Shown piece by piece: positions 1 through 9,245 of a DNA stretch of 64,000 nt; position 1 is the first letter of the stretch; each line of letters begins with the position of its first letter. A model generated the notes under the pieces. The model ran no database searches and had not been told where the DNA came from. It saw only the letters and a program-made list of their open reading frames with translations. Where the stretch lies: contig JAFVIC010000003.1 in NCBI GenBank assembly GCA_017477935.1, positions 64,961 to 128,960 of the forward strand, written 5' to 3'. Origin of the DNA: Akkermansia sp. (lineage in GTDB: Bacteria > Verrucomicrobiota > Verrucomicrobiia > Verrucomicrobiales > Akkermansiaceae). Both the position numbers and the translations under genes were made by a program.

Positions 1-562
1 CCGAGCGAAAGTAACCGACATGCTGCGCGGCTCCCAACGCGCCGGGCTCCCCCCGCAGCTCACCCGCCTGAGCACTTACGGCATACTCTCCAACCTCACC
101 GGCCCCAAACTCCGCGCCCTTTTCCGCGCCCTGCAAGAGGGCGGCCTCATCTGCACCTCCGGCGGCGAAATGCCCCTCATCACCCTCACAGCCAAGGGCG
201 AAGAGGTCATGAAAGAACAAGCCCCGGCACGGCTCTCACGCCGCATTTGGGCGGCAGACGCCATCAAGCAGGTGCGGGCCTCCACCCTCAAGCGCCGCTC
301 CGAGCGCGTGCTCAATGCCATGCAGCTCGGCCGCATAGACAAGGCGCTCTTCGAGCACCTCACTGAGCTGCGCCGTGACCTCGCCGCCGAGTACCGCATG
401 CCCGTCTTCCGCGTGCTCAGCACCGAAACCCTACGCGCCATGGCCACCGTCAAACCCACCACCCTCGAAGCCGCCTCGCGCCTCAAAGGCGTCGGCCCCT
501 GGGCTAAACAACACGTCCTCCGCGCCTTCGTGGAGTTGATTTGCGATTACGAACAGGTTTGA
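1..562 (+). CDS. recQ: RecQ-family helicase, C-terminal part (RQC + HRDC); 5' end outside window
   Basis: Frame is open from the window edge. RQC-like segment (TYGILS...LITLTAKG) is followed by an HRDC domain (LFEHLTELRRDLA..MPVFRVLSTETL.AMA..KP.T....LKGVG). Confidence 0.8.
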   Translation, partial: RAKVTDMLRGSQRAGLPPQLTRLSTYGILSNLTGPKLRALFRALQEGGLICTSGGEMPLITLTAKGEEVMKEQAPARLSRRIWAADAIKQVRASTLKRRSERVLNAMQLGRIDKALFEHLTELRRDLAAEYRMPVFRVLSTETLRAMATVKPTTLEAASRLKGVGPWAKQHVLRAFVELICDYEQV

Positions 563-670
563 TTCCGGCTTCTATCCCGCCTGCAATCTGCAACTTACCG
601 AATATCGGGCAATTATACGCATTCGCCTCTATTCATTGAATGCTTTGCATAAATAAAGAGGACTATCGCA

Positions 671-1702
671 CTAACTGTCCGAACTTGTGGACTCCAACCG
701 TCGTTTCCACTGCGCGACCTCTTCAACACGGCCTGTTTCTTCCAGAAGTTCGCAAAGTACATCTATAGCCTCTATATAACCTTCGTTTGCAGCCCTTTCG
801 TAATATTTTATTGCCATATCTACGTCTGGATCTATACGTTCATTCCCATAATGGTAAATTTCTGCAAGGGACATATTTTCTCTAACCTTCACATCTTTTT
901 CACTTAAAGCCACGTCAGATTTCATTGGCATCGAGTCGCAAAAATTGTCAGATACTATTTTGAATAACTTCTTATGTATCTTTACTCGTTCTACAACGAT
1001 AGAGGGAAAAGTCGGTTGTGAACCCATTTGTTTCTGTTTTTCCTGACTTATAATTTTCTCCACATATTTTTTTTGCAATTTACAATTTATACCAAGCAAA
1101 ATACCAACGCAATACTTTCGAATATTACGGCAAAAATAAAGGCCGTCATTTACTTCAATCTCAGGCGAACTTAACTGATTAGTAAAATCCAAACGATACT
1201 CATTTTCGTACCACCAGTCTCTCCCCTTATATGCTAAAGGTGTATACAATTTATCCCACGATGGTTTTCCGGATTTGTCTTTTGACCACCCTAAATCTTG
1301 AGATCTTAAAAATACGCGATGAATATTATAAACAACCTTCAATAATCTAATATCTGAATCGAACGTCGTGTAAATAACACGGCCGTTTTTAAAAACATGA
1401 TCATACGGGATATCGAATACCAGACATACACCTTGGTGTGAATCTCCATAATTCCCCCATATAGAAAGGGAACTCATCAATCTGGAGCACGACAGTATTA
1501 AAAATGGTGTATCGCGTCTGACTGATTCGATTACGTATTTTGCCATATAATAATCAGCTGGCGACTCCGACAAATGTGTAGGCAAATATTCAGCAGGATC
1601 GTTAGTCCTGCTAATGTCCGTTAATTTAAGCTTCCCCTCCAATAAAAACTCCGTAAGATATTCAGCTTTGATGTAGTGATACAGCCTTAATATTTTACCC
1701 AT
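671..1702 (-). CDS. DUF2971-like protein with a C-terminal Sel1-like repeat
   Basis: N-terminal LYHY..., NDPAE, LSCS...SLSIWGNYGDSHQGVCLVF and YKGRDWWYENEYRL match the DUF2971 pattern (MW.HY...H.G.C..F; K...W.YE.E.R). C-terminal LAEIYHYG...DVDMAIKYYERAANEG resembles Sel1. Confidence 0.75.
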   Translation of the reverse strand: MGKILRLYHYIKAEYLTEFLLEGKLKLTDISRTNDPAEYLPTHLSESPADYYMAKYVIESVRRDTPFLILSCSRLMSSLSIWGNYGDSHQGVCLVFDIPYDHVFKNGRVIYTTFDSDIRLLKVVYNIHRVFLRSQDLGWSKDKSGKPSWDKLYTPLAYKGRDWWYENEYRLDFTNQLSSPEIEVNDGLYFCRNIRKYCVGILLGINCKLQKKYVEKIISQEKQKQMGSQPTFPSIVVERVKIHKKLFKIVSDNFCDSMPMKSDVALSEKDVKVRENMSLAEIYHYGNERIDPDVDMAIKYYERAANEGYIEAIDVLCELLEETGRVEEVAQWKRRLESTSSDS

Positions 1703-1802
1703 ATTCTATAACTTATCAATACTAATTTTTACCTACTAACCTCCTTACTTAAGCAACTTAATCGCTCATAAATACGTCAGGGTATTATATCTGCTCACCT
1801 CA

Positions 1803-2723
1803 TTATTTATTCACAATACCAAAAGGTATATGAACAGATGGCGTTATCTGGCTTGCCGGTTCAAGATGTCCCATCTGGTCATCGAAAAACAAATGAGGTC
1901 TAAAAATTTCCAATACCTTTTTCTTTTCTACCCCTCCCAAGAAAAATGCTTCTGCAGCAGTTATCCCCCATTGCCTTAATGTGGTCACTACTCGTTCGTG
2001 CGCAGGGGCATTTCGAGCTGTAACAATTGCGATGCGCAATCGAGGATTATATTCTCTGTTTCTTTCTTGCAAGCGTTGTTCCCAAGCCTGAATTTTTGCG
2101 AGTTTTTCTATCAATTTCTGCAATGGTCCTGCCATCATTGGTATTTGAGCTTTCTCGCGTTCTTCTTTCTGATACTCAGGCAATCCTTTTTCCTGATATA
2201 CAACTTCAGATGAATCATCTGCGATAACTCCGTCAAAATCAAACGCTATTCGTAACTCCCTCGTTTGAGGATCTTCGGGTGCTGATGTTGTAAGGACGCA
2301 ACCGGCTGGCAACCCCTGTTTAATAGCATTCTCAACATCAGTATGGTCGGCACTCAAAAAGAGACAACAATCAAAGGCCTCCATGTACGGATATGGATCT
2401 CGCCCTGCTGTAAAAACACCCCTCGTTATCCCCAATTCGTAATACTCACACGATTTGAAGGCCCTTAATCCGCTAATGGGTGAATTTCGCGATAGAAGAA
2501 TAACCTCTATAATTTGATTTTTTGTAAGTGAATTAAACTGTAACAATCTTTTTACGAAAGGAAAAGCGATACCCTTCTCTAATATCTTATCTCTATTATC
2601 CCATTGATATCCCATGTACTCGCGTTCTCCTTTTTCGAGAAAAATTCTATTTTCTTCTTCCAAGTCAAACAACGCTCTACTTGACACAGCAATAACTAAC
2701 TTGTTATCTGTACTAAATCCCAT
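1803..2723 (-). CDS. 5'-nucleotidase (PF06189 / cN-I-like, HAD fold)
   Basis: LVIAVSSRALFDL, LLSRNS, LRIAFDFDGV, IVTAR.APAHERV..TLR.WGI...EAFFLGG, HLFFDDQ: the characteristic motif set of this family. Confidence 0.9.
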   Translation of the reverse strand: MGFSTDNKLVIAVSSRALFDLEEENRIFLEKGEREYMGYQWDNRDKILEKGIAFPFVKRLLQFNSLTKNQIIEVILLSRNSPISGLRAFKSCEYYELGITRGVFTAGRDPYPYMEAFDCCLFLSADHTDVENAIKQGLPAGCVLTTSAPEDPQTRELRIAFDFDGVIADDSSEVVYQEKGLPEYQKEEREKAQIPMMAGPLQKLIEKLAKIQAWEQRLQERNREYNPRLRIAIVTARNAPAHERVVTTLRQWGITAAEAFFLGGVEKKKVLEIFRPHLFFDDQMGHLEPASQITPSVHIPFGIVNK

Positions 2724-2735
2724 ATTTGCTATATT

Positions 2736-3140
2736 CTAACTCAATAGTTTAGAAAGATTATAACTTTCTTGTAATAATCTTTTCACCTCACATTCCCAAA
2801 TAACAACTACCTTCCACCCTAATACTTCCAACTTTTCATAAATACACTTATCTCTGGCAACATTCTCTGCAAATTTGGCATTCCAGAAGTCAACATTTGT
2901 CGCAGGAGTACTAGCATATTTGCAACCAACGTGCCTGTGCCAAAAGCAACCGTTCACAAAGATCGCCACTTTATGCCGAGGGAGAACAATATCCGGCTTT
3001 CCTGGCAAATCATTGCGATGAAGACGAAACCTGTACCCCATAGCATGCAAAGCCCTCCGAACAAGCATCTCAGGTTTTGTATGCTTTCCCTTAATTGCCG
3101 ACATGTTACGTCGCCGCTGTTCTGGAGTATGAACATCCAT
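2736..3140 (-). CDS. vsr: Very short patch repair endonuclease
   Basis: MDVHTPEQRRRNMSAIKGKHTKPE, PGKPDIV, FVNGCFWHRH, FWNAK..NV.RD, GWKVVVIWEC. Confidence 0.95.
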   Translation of the reverse strand: MDVHTPEQRRRNMSAIKGKHTKPEMLVRRALHAMGYRFRLHRNDLPGKPDIVLPRHKVAIFVNGCFWHRHVGCKYASTPATNVDFWNAKFAENVARDKCIYEKLEVLGWKVVVIWECEVKRLLQESYNLSKLLS

Positions 3141-3199
3141 ACGTTAACACACTCTACTACAAAATATTTTTTTGTCAAGTCTTCCACTCTGCTATCCAG

Positions 3200-3736
3200 G
3201 GCAGACGCATTTGAGTTGTGTCATAAGCTCTCGAGGTACGCCCCGGCAGTGTTTTTACAGAAGTAGACGCAGGGCATGGGAGAGTGGAGGAACGAGTAGA
3301 TCGGGATTTGAGTTTTGTCACAGGGGGATGGAATTGGGAAAAACTTTCAGCTCTGGTAGTAGTGGAAAGCACGAGCTACAATAAAAAGAAGCAGACGGAA
3401 AGCACAGAAAACCGTTGCTATATAACAAATTTACCCAGAGGGAGTAGCGCAATTATCACACATGCAATTCGTAATCATTGGCAGGTTGAAAGCATGCATT
3501 GGGTGCTTGATGTAGTTTTCGGAGAAGATACTTGTCGAAAACGAGTGTACAATGCAGCAGAAAACTATTCACGAATGATGAAAGTGGTATTGAGCTTGTT
3601 GCGCAATCATAAGAAGAAGTCCGGGGGAACAAAATCGTTGGCAAGAATGAGAAAACAAGCCGCATAGAATACACGAGTACTGGAGGAAATCCTCTTTAGT
3701 GCATTCGGCGCAAAAAACGAAACAGCGGAAAGTCAA
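3200..3736 (+). mobile_element. ISAs1-family (H-repeat) transposase remnant, pseudogenised
   Basis: In-frame GHGRVEER (3272-3295), RCYITNL, IRNHWQVESMHWVLDVVFGED and NAAENYS. The N-terminus is missing. TAG at 3665 interrupts KQAA*NTRVLEEIL, where ISAs1 transposases usually have W. Confidence 0.85.
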
Positions 3737-4096
3737 TAAGAAATCCCGACATCGAAATGCGTTTGCCCTGCTCTGCTATCTGCCCAAGAATATGAAAATT
3801 GAAGAAGTCTGCCAGATATGAACCTGCAATATATAGTAAGATAGAGCGCAGCGACTACATACCCTGAGTATATTGAATTGAGATAGTCGTTTCTGATAGG
3901 GTAGAGCGTTGAACGTAAGCATACATCCTGCCACTTTAGATATGGTTCTGAAATAACCATCCGCTCATGTATCGCAAAAACCGCGACATCCTTTTCCTTC
4001 GAGTTTTTGCTGATTTTTCTGCTCCGCTAAGGTTCTTCCACCTCACTACATTCAGAGCACCTCCCAACTACGCAATAGTATCATGACAAAAATGAA

Positions 4097-4126
4097 TTGA
4101 CATCAGGGGGGATGGAATGATATAAG
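4097..4126 (+). promoter_or_regulatory. sigma70-type promoter of the MTase-REase operon
   Basis: TTGACA (4097-4102), 18 bp spacer, TATAAG (4121-4126) preceded by TGn. Confidence 0.6.
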
Positions 4127-4216
4127 TATCACATACGCCAGACGTACACCAGAGAGGGAGATAAAATACCTTCCTAAGAGCCTAAAGGAAGACGCAAGTC
4201 TCAATAATATTAGAAT

Positions 4217-5494
4217 ATGTCCAATCTCAGCCACTGTCAGCAGCTCATTTTCGATATAATTCGAAAACATCCAACCTTCTCAAACATACAAGCTAACGAG
4301 GCAATTGCTGCTGCTTCCCATTTTCTTCAAAATCCATATGGGGATATTCCTTTAATCAACAAAAAGCTGCAATCCGAGTTACTTTCTGCTATTGACGCAA
4401 CATATAATCGAGAACAAGGAATCATGGGAGCCGAAGATACTGACGAGCTTCCTAATATTGAACTTCCTTCACTTTTCGATGATGTTCCTTACCCCCCACC
4501 AGCTGAATACAATTTTACATTCATAGATTTATTTGCTGGCATTGGAGGCTTCAGACAGGCTTTCCAAAACGCTGGTGGGAAATGTGTATTCAGCTCCGAG
4601 TGGAACAAATACGCACAGAAAACATATGCTGCAAATTATGGAGAAATTCCATATGGTGATATTAGAGCTATCCCAAAAGAACAAATCCCCAGACATGATG
4701 TTCTTTGTGCGGGCTTCCCCTGCCAACCCTTCTCTCTGGCAGGAGTTTCTAAAAAGAATTCACTTGGGAGAAAGCATGGCTTTGAAGACGAGACCCAAGG
4801 TACTCTTTTCTTCGAAATTAAAGAAATCCTTCGACTGAAGAGACCAAAAGCGTTTATGCTGGAAAATGTCAAAAATCTTTTAGCTCACGATAAAGGAAAA
4901 ACATTTGAAGTAATCAGACGCTCACTTGTAGACGAGTTGGGATATGTGATCAGCTACAAAATAGTAAATGGTGCTGCTTGGGTTCCTCAGCATCGTGAGC
5001 GTATTTACATACTCGGATTTGACCCGAAACAGGTAAATATTAAATGCGATGAAATCAATGTACCTGATAAACCGGAGTCTGGCTACATATACCCCAAACT
5101 TTCCGGAATAATTAAGCGGCGTCTGGACGGTTATACACTCGGTCCTGGCACCTGGGCAACCTTGGAACGTCACAAAGCCCACCACGAAAAGGCCGGCAAC
5201 GGATTTGGTTACGGATTGCTAACGTGGCCGATGAAGGCCAACGCCGTCACCAGAACAATTTCTGCCAGATATCACAAAGATGGCGCTGAAATACTAGTTG
5301 AGCAAGAGGGTGACAGACCCCGCAAGCTCTCTGTTGAAGAAGCCATGCAACTCCAAGGCTACAACCCCGGCAGATTTGTATTCCCTGTCTCAGCTACACA
5401 GGCTTATACCCAAATAGGTAACAGCGTTGTTGTGCCAGCAATTGAGGCTTCGGCAAAGGTGATAGCAAAGATACTAAAAGAAAAATCCATATGA
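4217..5494 (+). CDS. dcm: DNA (cytosine-5)-methyltransferase, Dcm/M.EcoRII type (probably CCWGG)
   Basis: FIDLFAGIGG, GFPCQPFS, ENVKNL, QHRERIY and IGNSV motifs. Target-recognition region H..AGNGFGY...TISARYHKDGAEIL resembles Dcm/M.EcoRII. Confidence 0.93.
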   Translation: MSNLSHCQQLIFDIIRKHPTFSNIQANEAIAAASHFLQNPYGDIPLINKKLQSELLSAIDATYNREQGIMGAEDTDELPNIELPSLFDDVPYPPPAEYNFTFIDLFAGIGGFRQAFQNAGGKCVFSSEWNKYAQKTYAANYGEIPYGDIRAIPKEQIPRHDVLCAGFPCQPFSLAGVSKKNSLGRKHGFEDETQGTLFFEIKEILRLKRPKAFMLENVKNLLAHDKGKTFEVIRRSLVDELGYVISYKIVNGAAWVPQHRERIYILGFDPKQVNIKCDEINVPDKPESGYIYPKLSGIIKRRLDGYTLGPGTWATLERHKAHHEKAGNGFGYGLLTWPMKANAVTRTISARYHKDGAEILVEQEGDRPRKLSVEEAMQLQGYNPGRFVFPVSATQAYTQIGNSVVVPAIEASAKVIAKILKEKSI

Positions 5495-6723
5495 ACTGGA
5501 GCCCGGGACACCTTTCAAAATACTTCAAAGGCGTATGCGTCAAACGACTTTCTGCAACAGAAAGTGATCCGACCGTATCTCACGGTCATGAGTTTCAAGG
5601 AGTCCGTGCCTTTGTCGATTTATTTGGCAAACCAACTGACGGGGAAAAAATCGTACTCCCAGCTCGCTTTATCTATTTGAGCGATGAAGCACAACATAAT
5701 GCCAATGGCACTCTGACCTTCTACGATAGCCGATGGAACAAGCCTCACAGAGCGGCTGAATACAGGCTCTATTACACAGACAACCTCGTAACCGAGGCCA
5801 TGTACACCGATGATTGCCTACTTATAGCCAAAGATACCAATGACGAGGCCCTTGTCATTATCGCTAAGGCAGAAAGTTTGATTCTATCAGATATATTGTG
5901 GCTCTTCGGACTTACGCAAGATATTAAAGCAGGCAGATTTAATTATGTACCTGCAAAAGAACTCGATAACAGAGAACTTCCTGCTACTTTTACTTGGTTA
6001 CTGGAGTTGCTAGGTATCCCCTTACCCTCTACAACAGATTACCTTGCAGAGATGCATGAGCGCTTTGGACTTGTATTTCCCGACACTGTTACGTTCTCTG
6101 CATTTGCCAGAAGCAAGAGTAATTATCCCCACGCGCTGGATGGCAGCGCTGATGATGTACTTTATGACTGGTATAATACCGAAGAACATCTTTTTACAAT
6201 CTTTGAAGAATCAATTATTGCCAAACGAATAGAAGCAGGCTTTACGCCTAAGAGCTTTATAGAATACGCTCTGTCAGTTTTAAATCGAAGAAAGTCACGA
6301 GCCGGGCAAGGTTTGGAAAATCACCTTTCACAATTATTTGATGACCACCAGATTCGCTATTCCCGAACACCAGTAACCGAGAACAAATCAAAACCTGATT
6401 TCCTGTTCCCGGGTATTACATACTACCGCGACTCTGATTTCCCGGCGAACTTACTCCACATGCTCGGCGTAAAAACCACCTGCAAGGACCGATGGAGACA
6501 AGTTCTCGTAGAAGCAGACAGAATACCGAACAAACACCTTCTTACTCTTCAGGGGGCTATTTCTGTAAATCAAACATCAGAAATGCAACATCACAACCTC
6601 CAGCTTGTAGTACCTAAAGCCATCCATAGCTCATACACACCAGCACAGCAAAGTTGGTTGATGACAGTAGATGACTTTGTTACAAATATGCGCAACACGC
6701 AATTTGAATTCATGCTAAACTAA
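5491..6723 (+). CDS. Type IIE restriction endonuclease, EcoRII family (N effector + C catalytic domains)
   Basis: N-terminal KRLSA...RL.YY. C-terminal NRRKSRAGQGLENHL, KPDFLFPG, LGVKTTCKDRWRQVL.EADRI and HLLTLQ..IS.NQ. ATGA overlap with the MTase stop. Confidence 0.9.
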   Translation: MNWSPGHLSKYFKGVCVKRLSATESDPTVSHGHEFQGVRAFVDLFGKPTDGEKIVLPARFIYLSDEAQHNANGTLTFYDSRWNKPHRAAEYRLYYTDNLVTEAMYTDDCLLIAKDTNDEALVIIAKAESLILSDILWLFGLTQDIKAGRFNYVPAKELDNRELPATFTWLLELLGIPLPSTTDYLAEMHERFGLVFPDTVTFSAFARSKSNYPHALDGSADDVLYDWYNTEEHLFTIFEESIIAKRIEAGFTPKSFIEYALSVLNRRKSRAGQGLENHLSQLFDDHQIRYSRTPVTENKSKPDFLFPGITYYRDSDFPANLLHMLGVKTTCKDRWRQVLVEADRIPNKHLLTLQGAISVNQTSEMQHHNLQLVVPKAIHSSYTPAQQSWLMTVDDFVTNMRNTQFEFMLN

Positions 6724-6958
6724 AGAAGTATAACACCTATTTGTAACATCGTAATTTTACGCAACTTCAGAATAGCATAACGAGATTTTTCGGAATAGAG
6801 ATCACGCAATCAGGCTTCTCTGCGAATCCGAAGCTCTGGGCAAAAAGGTCTTCTATATTACCTGCGCTGCTCGTTAATTCCGTAGCTTTACTCGCCCAGC
6901 GTCGAAAGTTTACTGTTGAAGTTCTTTAGTGAGCTTTAGAAGCTATCCCCCCAAAAAA

Positions 6959-6993
6959 CTCCGGCTCGCGTTGCGGGAGCAAGCGAGCCGGAG
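6959..6993 (-). terminator. Intrinsic terminator after the Sel1 gene
   Basis: CTCCGGCTCGC/GCGAGCCGGAG stem followed on the minus strand by a T-run. Confidence 0.7.
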
Positions 6994-7025
6994 AACCCAA
7001 TAAAAACCAAAACAACAAATGCAAA

Positions 7026-7586
7026 TCAGCGGCGGCCGAGGCGTTCGAGCTGGGCGACGGCATCGGCGTGGCCGGTGGCGGCGGCGAGTTCGAGGAAGCG
7101 AACAGCCTTGCGGCGGATGAGGGAGTGGGGAGCGGAGTCCACGGAGAGGAGGTAACGAGCGTAGTCGTAGTGGTGCTCGGAGCTGGGGAAGCCGGAGACG
7201 AGGGTGCGGTAGAGAGAGTCGAGCTCGGCGCGGTCCTCCTCGGTATTGCGCTTAAGGAGCAGCGAGATGAGGGTGCAGAGGGGTTGCTCGAGGTCGTATA
7301 CATTCACCACCTCGTGCAGCCAGTTGATGGCGCGGTCGTTGTCACCGATGGAGAGGTAATAGTCGGCGAGGGCGCAGAGGGATTCGGGGTCTTCGAGCTC
7401 AGCGGCTTTCTGCCAGCAGGCAACGGCGGTCTGCAGGTCCTGAGGGCAGCCGTCAGTGCCCTGAGCGTGTGCCTTGGCGCAGGCGCGAAGTTGCTCAATG
7501 AGTTCATTGTAGGCGGCGATGTAAGCATCGTCGTCATCGTAGAGAGAGTAATCGATTTCGGTAGCAAGCAGAGTGGTGGCGTCCAT
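7026..7586 (-). CDS. Sel1/TPR-like repeat protein
   Basis: AVACWQKAAELEDPESLCALADYY and AVRFLELAAATGHADAVAQL. Confidence 0.75.
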   Translation of the reverse strand: MDATTLLATEIDYSLYDDDDAYIAAYNELIEQLRACAKAHAQGTDGCPQDLQTAVACWQKAAELEDPESLCALADYYLSIGDNDRAINWLHEVVNVYDLEQPLCTLISLLLKRNTEEDRAELDSLYRTLVSGFPSSEHHYDYARYLLSVDSAPHSLIRRKAVRFLELAAATGHADAVAQLERLGRR

Positions 7587-7593
7587 GGTTTAG

Positions 7594-7622
7594 AGTCTAC
7601 TATATGTTTGAGCTGAGGTAAA
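7594..7622 (-). promoter_or_regulatory. Promoter, leaderless-type, of the Sel1 gene
   Basis: TTTACC-17bp-TAGACT on the minus strand, with ATG 7 nt after the -10. Confidence 0.5.
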
Positions 7623-7734
7623 GGAAAAAGTACAATCCGGCCGCCACAATCGGCAAAGTTTTTTTGAGTAGAGCCCCCGGCATGAGCAAGGCGAGTCCCT
7701 CAGCTCATCGAAAACGAAGAGCTGAGAGCCAATC

Positions 7735-9099
7735 TCAGGCCCGCCCCAACACCTCGCTCAGCTCAGCAGGGGCAGAAGCCACGGCATAGAGCGGCACATC
7801 GACCACGGTATAGCTGAAGCCCTGCGAGTCATTTTTACCGGGGGCAATATGGATGGTGCTGACGTTGTGCAGGCTCATGGAAACACGCAAGGCGATGGGG
7901 TGGTGATACCGCTTGCAGAAGCTGCGCAGACTTTTGGCCTGCAGGTTCAGCTCCGCCTTCACCTCGACGGGGAAGATGCGGTAATCGCTCTCGATAAGGA
8001 AATCCACCTCTGCCTGAGCGCGCTCTGCGCTCCAGTAATAGGGCGAGATTGCGCACTCCGCGCGGAGCTGCTGCTGCACATACTGCTCGGTAAGAGCGCC
8101 CTTGTACTGGCCGAAGATGCTGTTGCCCTCCAGTATGACGGACGGGGGCTGTTTGCAGGCAGCCCCCAGCAGTCCGACATCGAGAAAGAACATCTTAAAC
8201 GCGCCGTCCTTGCAGGCAGAAAGCGGCATTTCCGGCTTGCGAACACGCGGCACCATCTGCACCAGAGCCGCGTCATCCAGCCAGCGGATGGGGCCGCGCA
8301 GCTGCGGAGCGCGAACTTTCTCACCCACATCAGCATGCACAAAACGCTTATCCTCGCGGGCGAGCTGGTCGGGCACAGAGTCCCATATCTGTGTGATATA
8401 GTGAGTCTCGGCATCTGTGGCATGTTTGCTGAAATCGTTGCGATAGTCTGAAAGCAGCGCCGCCTGCACACGGCGCACGGCGTGCGGGTTGCGAGATTCC
8501 ACATATTCCTGCACGGCAGCGGGCATGCCACCCACAAAGTAGTACTGGCGCAGCAGTTCCACAAATTTATCGTGGAAAGTGTCCATCATCTCCCAATTAC
8601 GTTTGCGGATAAGCTCCACATACATGCCGAAGCCGGTGGCGTCCAGAAACTCGGTAAAGCTCATGGGGTACATATATACCCGATCCACCTTACCCACGGG
8701 AAAACCGGTACCGGTATGGACGGAAAGCCCCAGCAGTGAACCGGCCGCAATGATGTGGTGCTCCGGTACGTCTTCACAGAAATATTTGAGCGATGTGAGG
8801 GCACAGGGGCACTCCTGTATCTCATCCAGAATGATAAGAGTCTTGCCCGGCACTATCTGCACACGGCTATGCACCTGCAGGGTGTCCATCAGGCGGGGAA
8901 TATCGAAATCCTTCTCGAACGATTGGCGCACAAAATCATCGCGGTCAAAACGCACATAGACTACATTTTTATAATGTTGCCGCCCGAATTCGCGGGCAAG
9001 CCAAGTCTTGCCCACCTGACGTGCGCCAAGGAGCAGCAAGGGTTTTCGGCGTGGATTATTTTTCCACTCTACCAGCTCAGCCATGCACCATCGTTTCAT
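7735..9099 (-). CDS. AAA+ ATPase with DUF4143 / PD-(D/E)XK-like C-terminus
   Basis: GARQVGKT Walker A, LIILDEIQ Walker B, AAGSLLG, PMSFTEFL, GGMP, K.FFLDVGLL, AEVDFLI...PVEVK. Start set at MKRW (9099) because an AGGAG SD and a TTGACT-17-TACATT promoter lie upstream of it. Confidence 0.9.
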   Translation of the reverse strand: MKRWCMAELVEWKNNPRRKPLLLLGARQVGKTWLAREFGRQHYKNVVYVRFDRDDFVRQSFEKDFDIPRLMDTLQVHSRVQIVPGKTLIILDEIQECPCALTSLKYFCEDVPEHHIIAAGSLLGLSVHTGTGFPVGKVDRVYMYPMSFTEFLDATGFGMYVELIRKRNWEMMDTFHDKFVELLRQYYFVGGMPAAVQEYVESRNPHAVRRVQAALLSDYRNDFSKHATDAETHYITQIWDSVPDQLAREDKRFVHADVGEKVRAPQLRGPIRWLDDAALVQMVPRVRKPEMPLSACKDGAFKMFFLDVGLLGAACKQPPSVILEGNSIFGQYKGALTEQYVQQQLRAECAISPYYWSAERAQAEVDFLIESDYRIFPVEVKAELNLQAKSLRSFCKRYHHPIALRVSMSLHNVSTIHIAPGKNDSQGFSYTVVDVPLYAVASAPAELSEVLGRA

Positions 9100-9245
9100 T
9101 CCGGTCTCCTTCCTATCCTTCACCGCCAATGTAGCAAACATGCTCAAAAAAGTCAACATTTTTCTTTATTTTTTAAGGGCGATATTTCACAAAAAACCAA
9201 AACATCCGCAACATATTGTATTTTCTGCGTTTCTATTTTTTTATT

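Noticed and set aside
3733-3960. 75-aa minus-strand ORF
   Set aside because: No motif or clear RBS; lies beside an IS remnant. Not called as a CDS.
6730-6930. Short minus-strand open stretch (NFRRWASKATELTSS...) at the island edge
   Set aside because: No start codon and no recognisable family; at most a gene relic.
563-6960. att-like direct repeats or an integrase bounding the defence island
   Set aside because: No convincing direct repeat at the two edges by eye, and no integrase or tRNA target.
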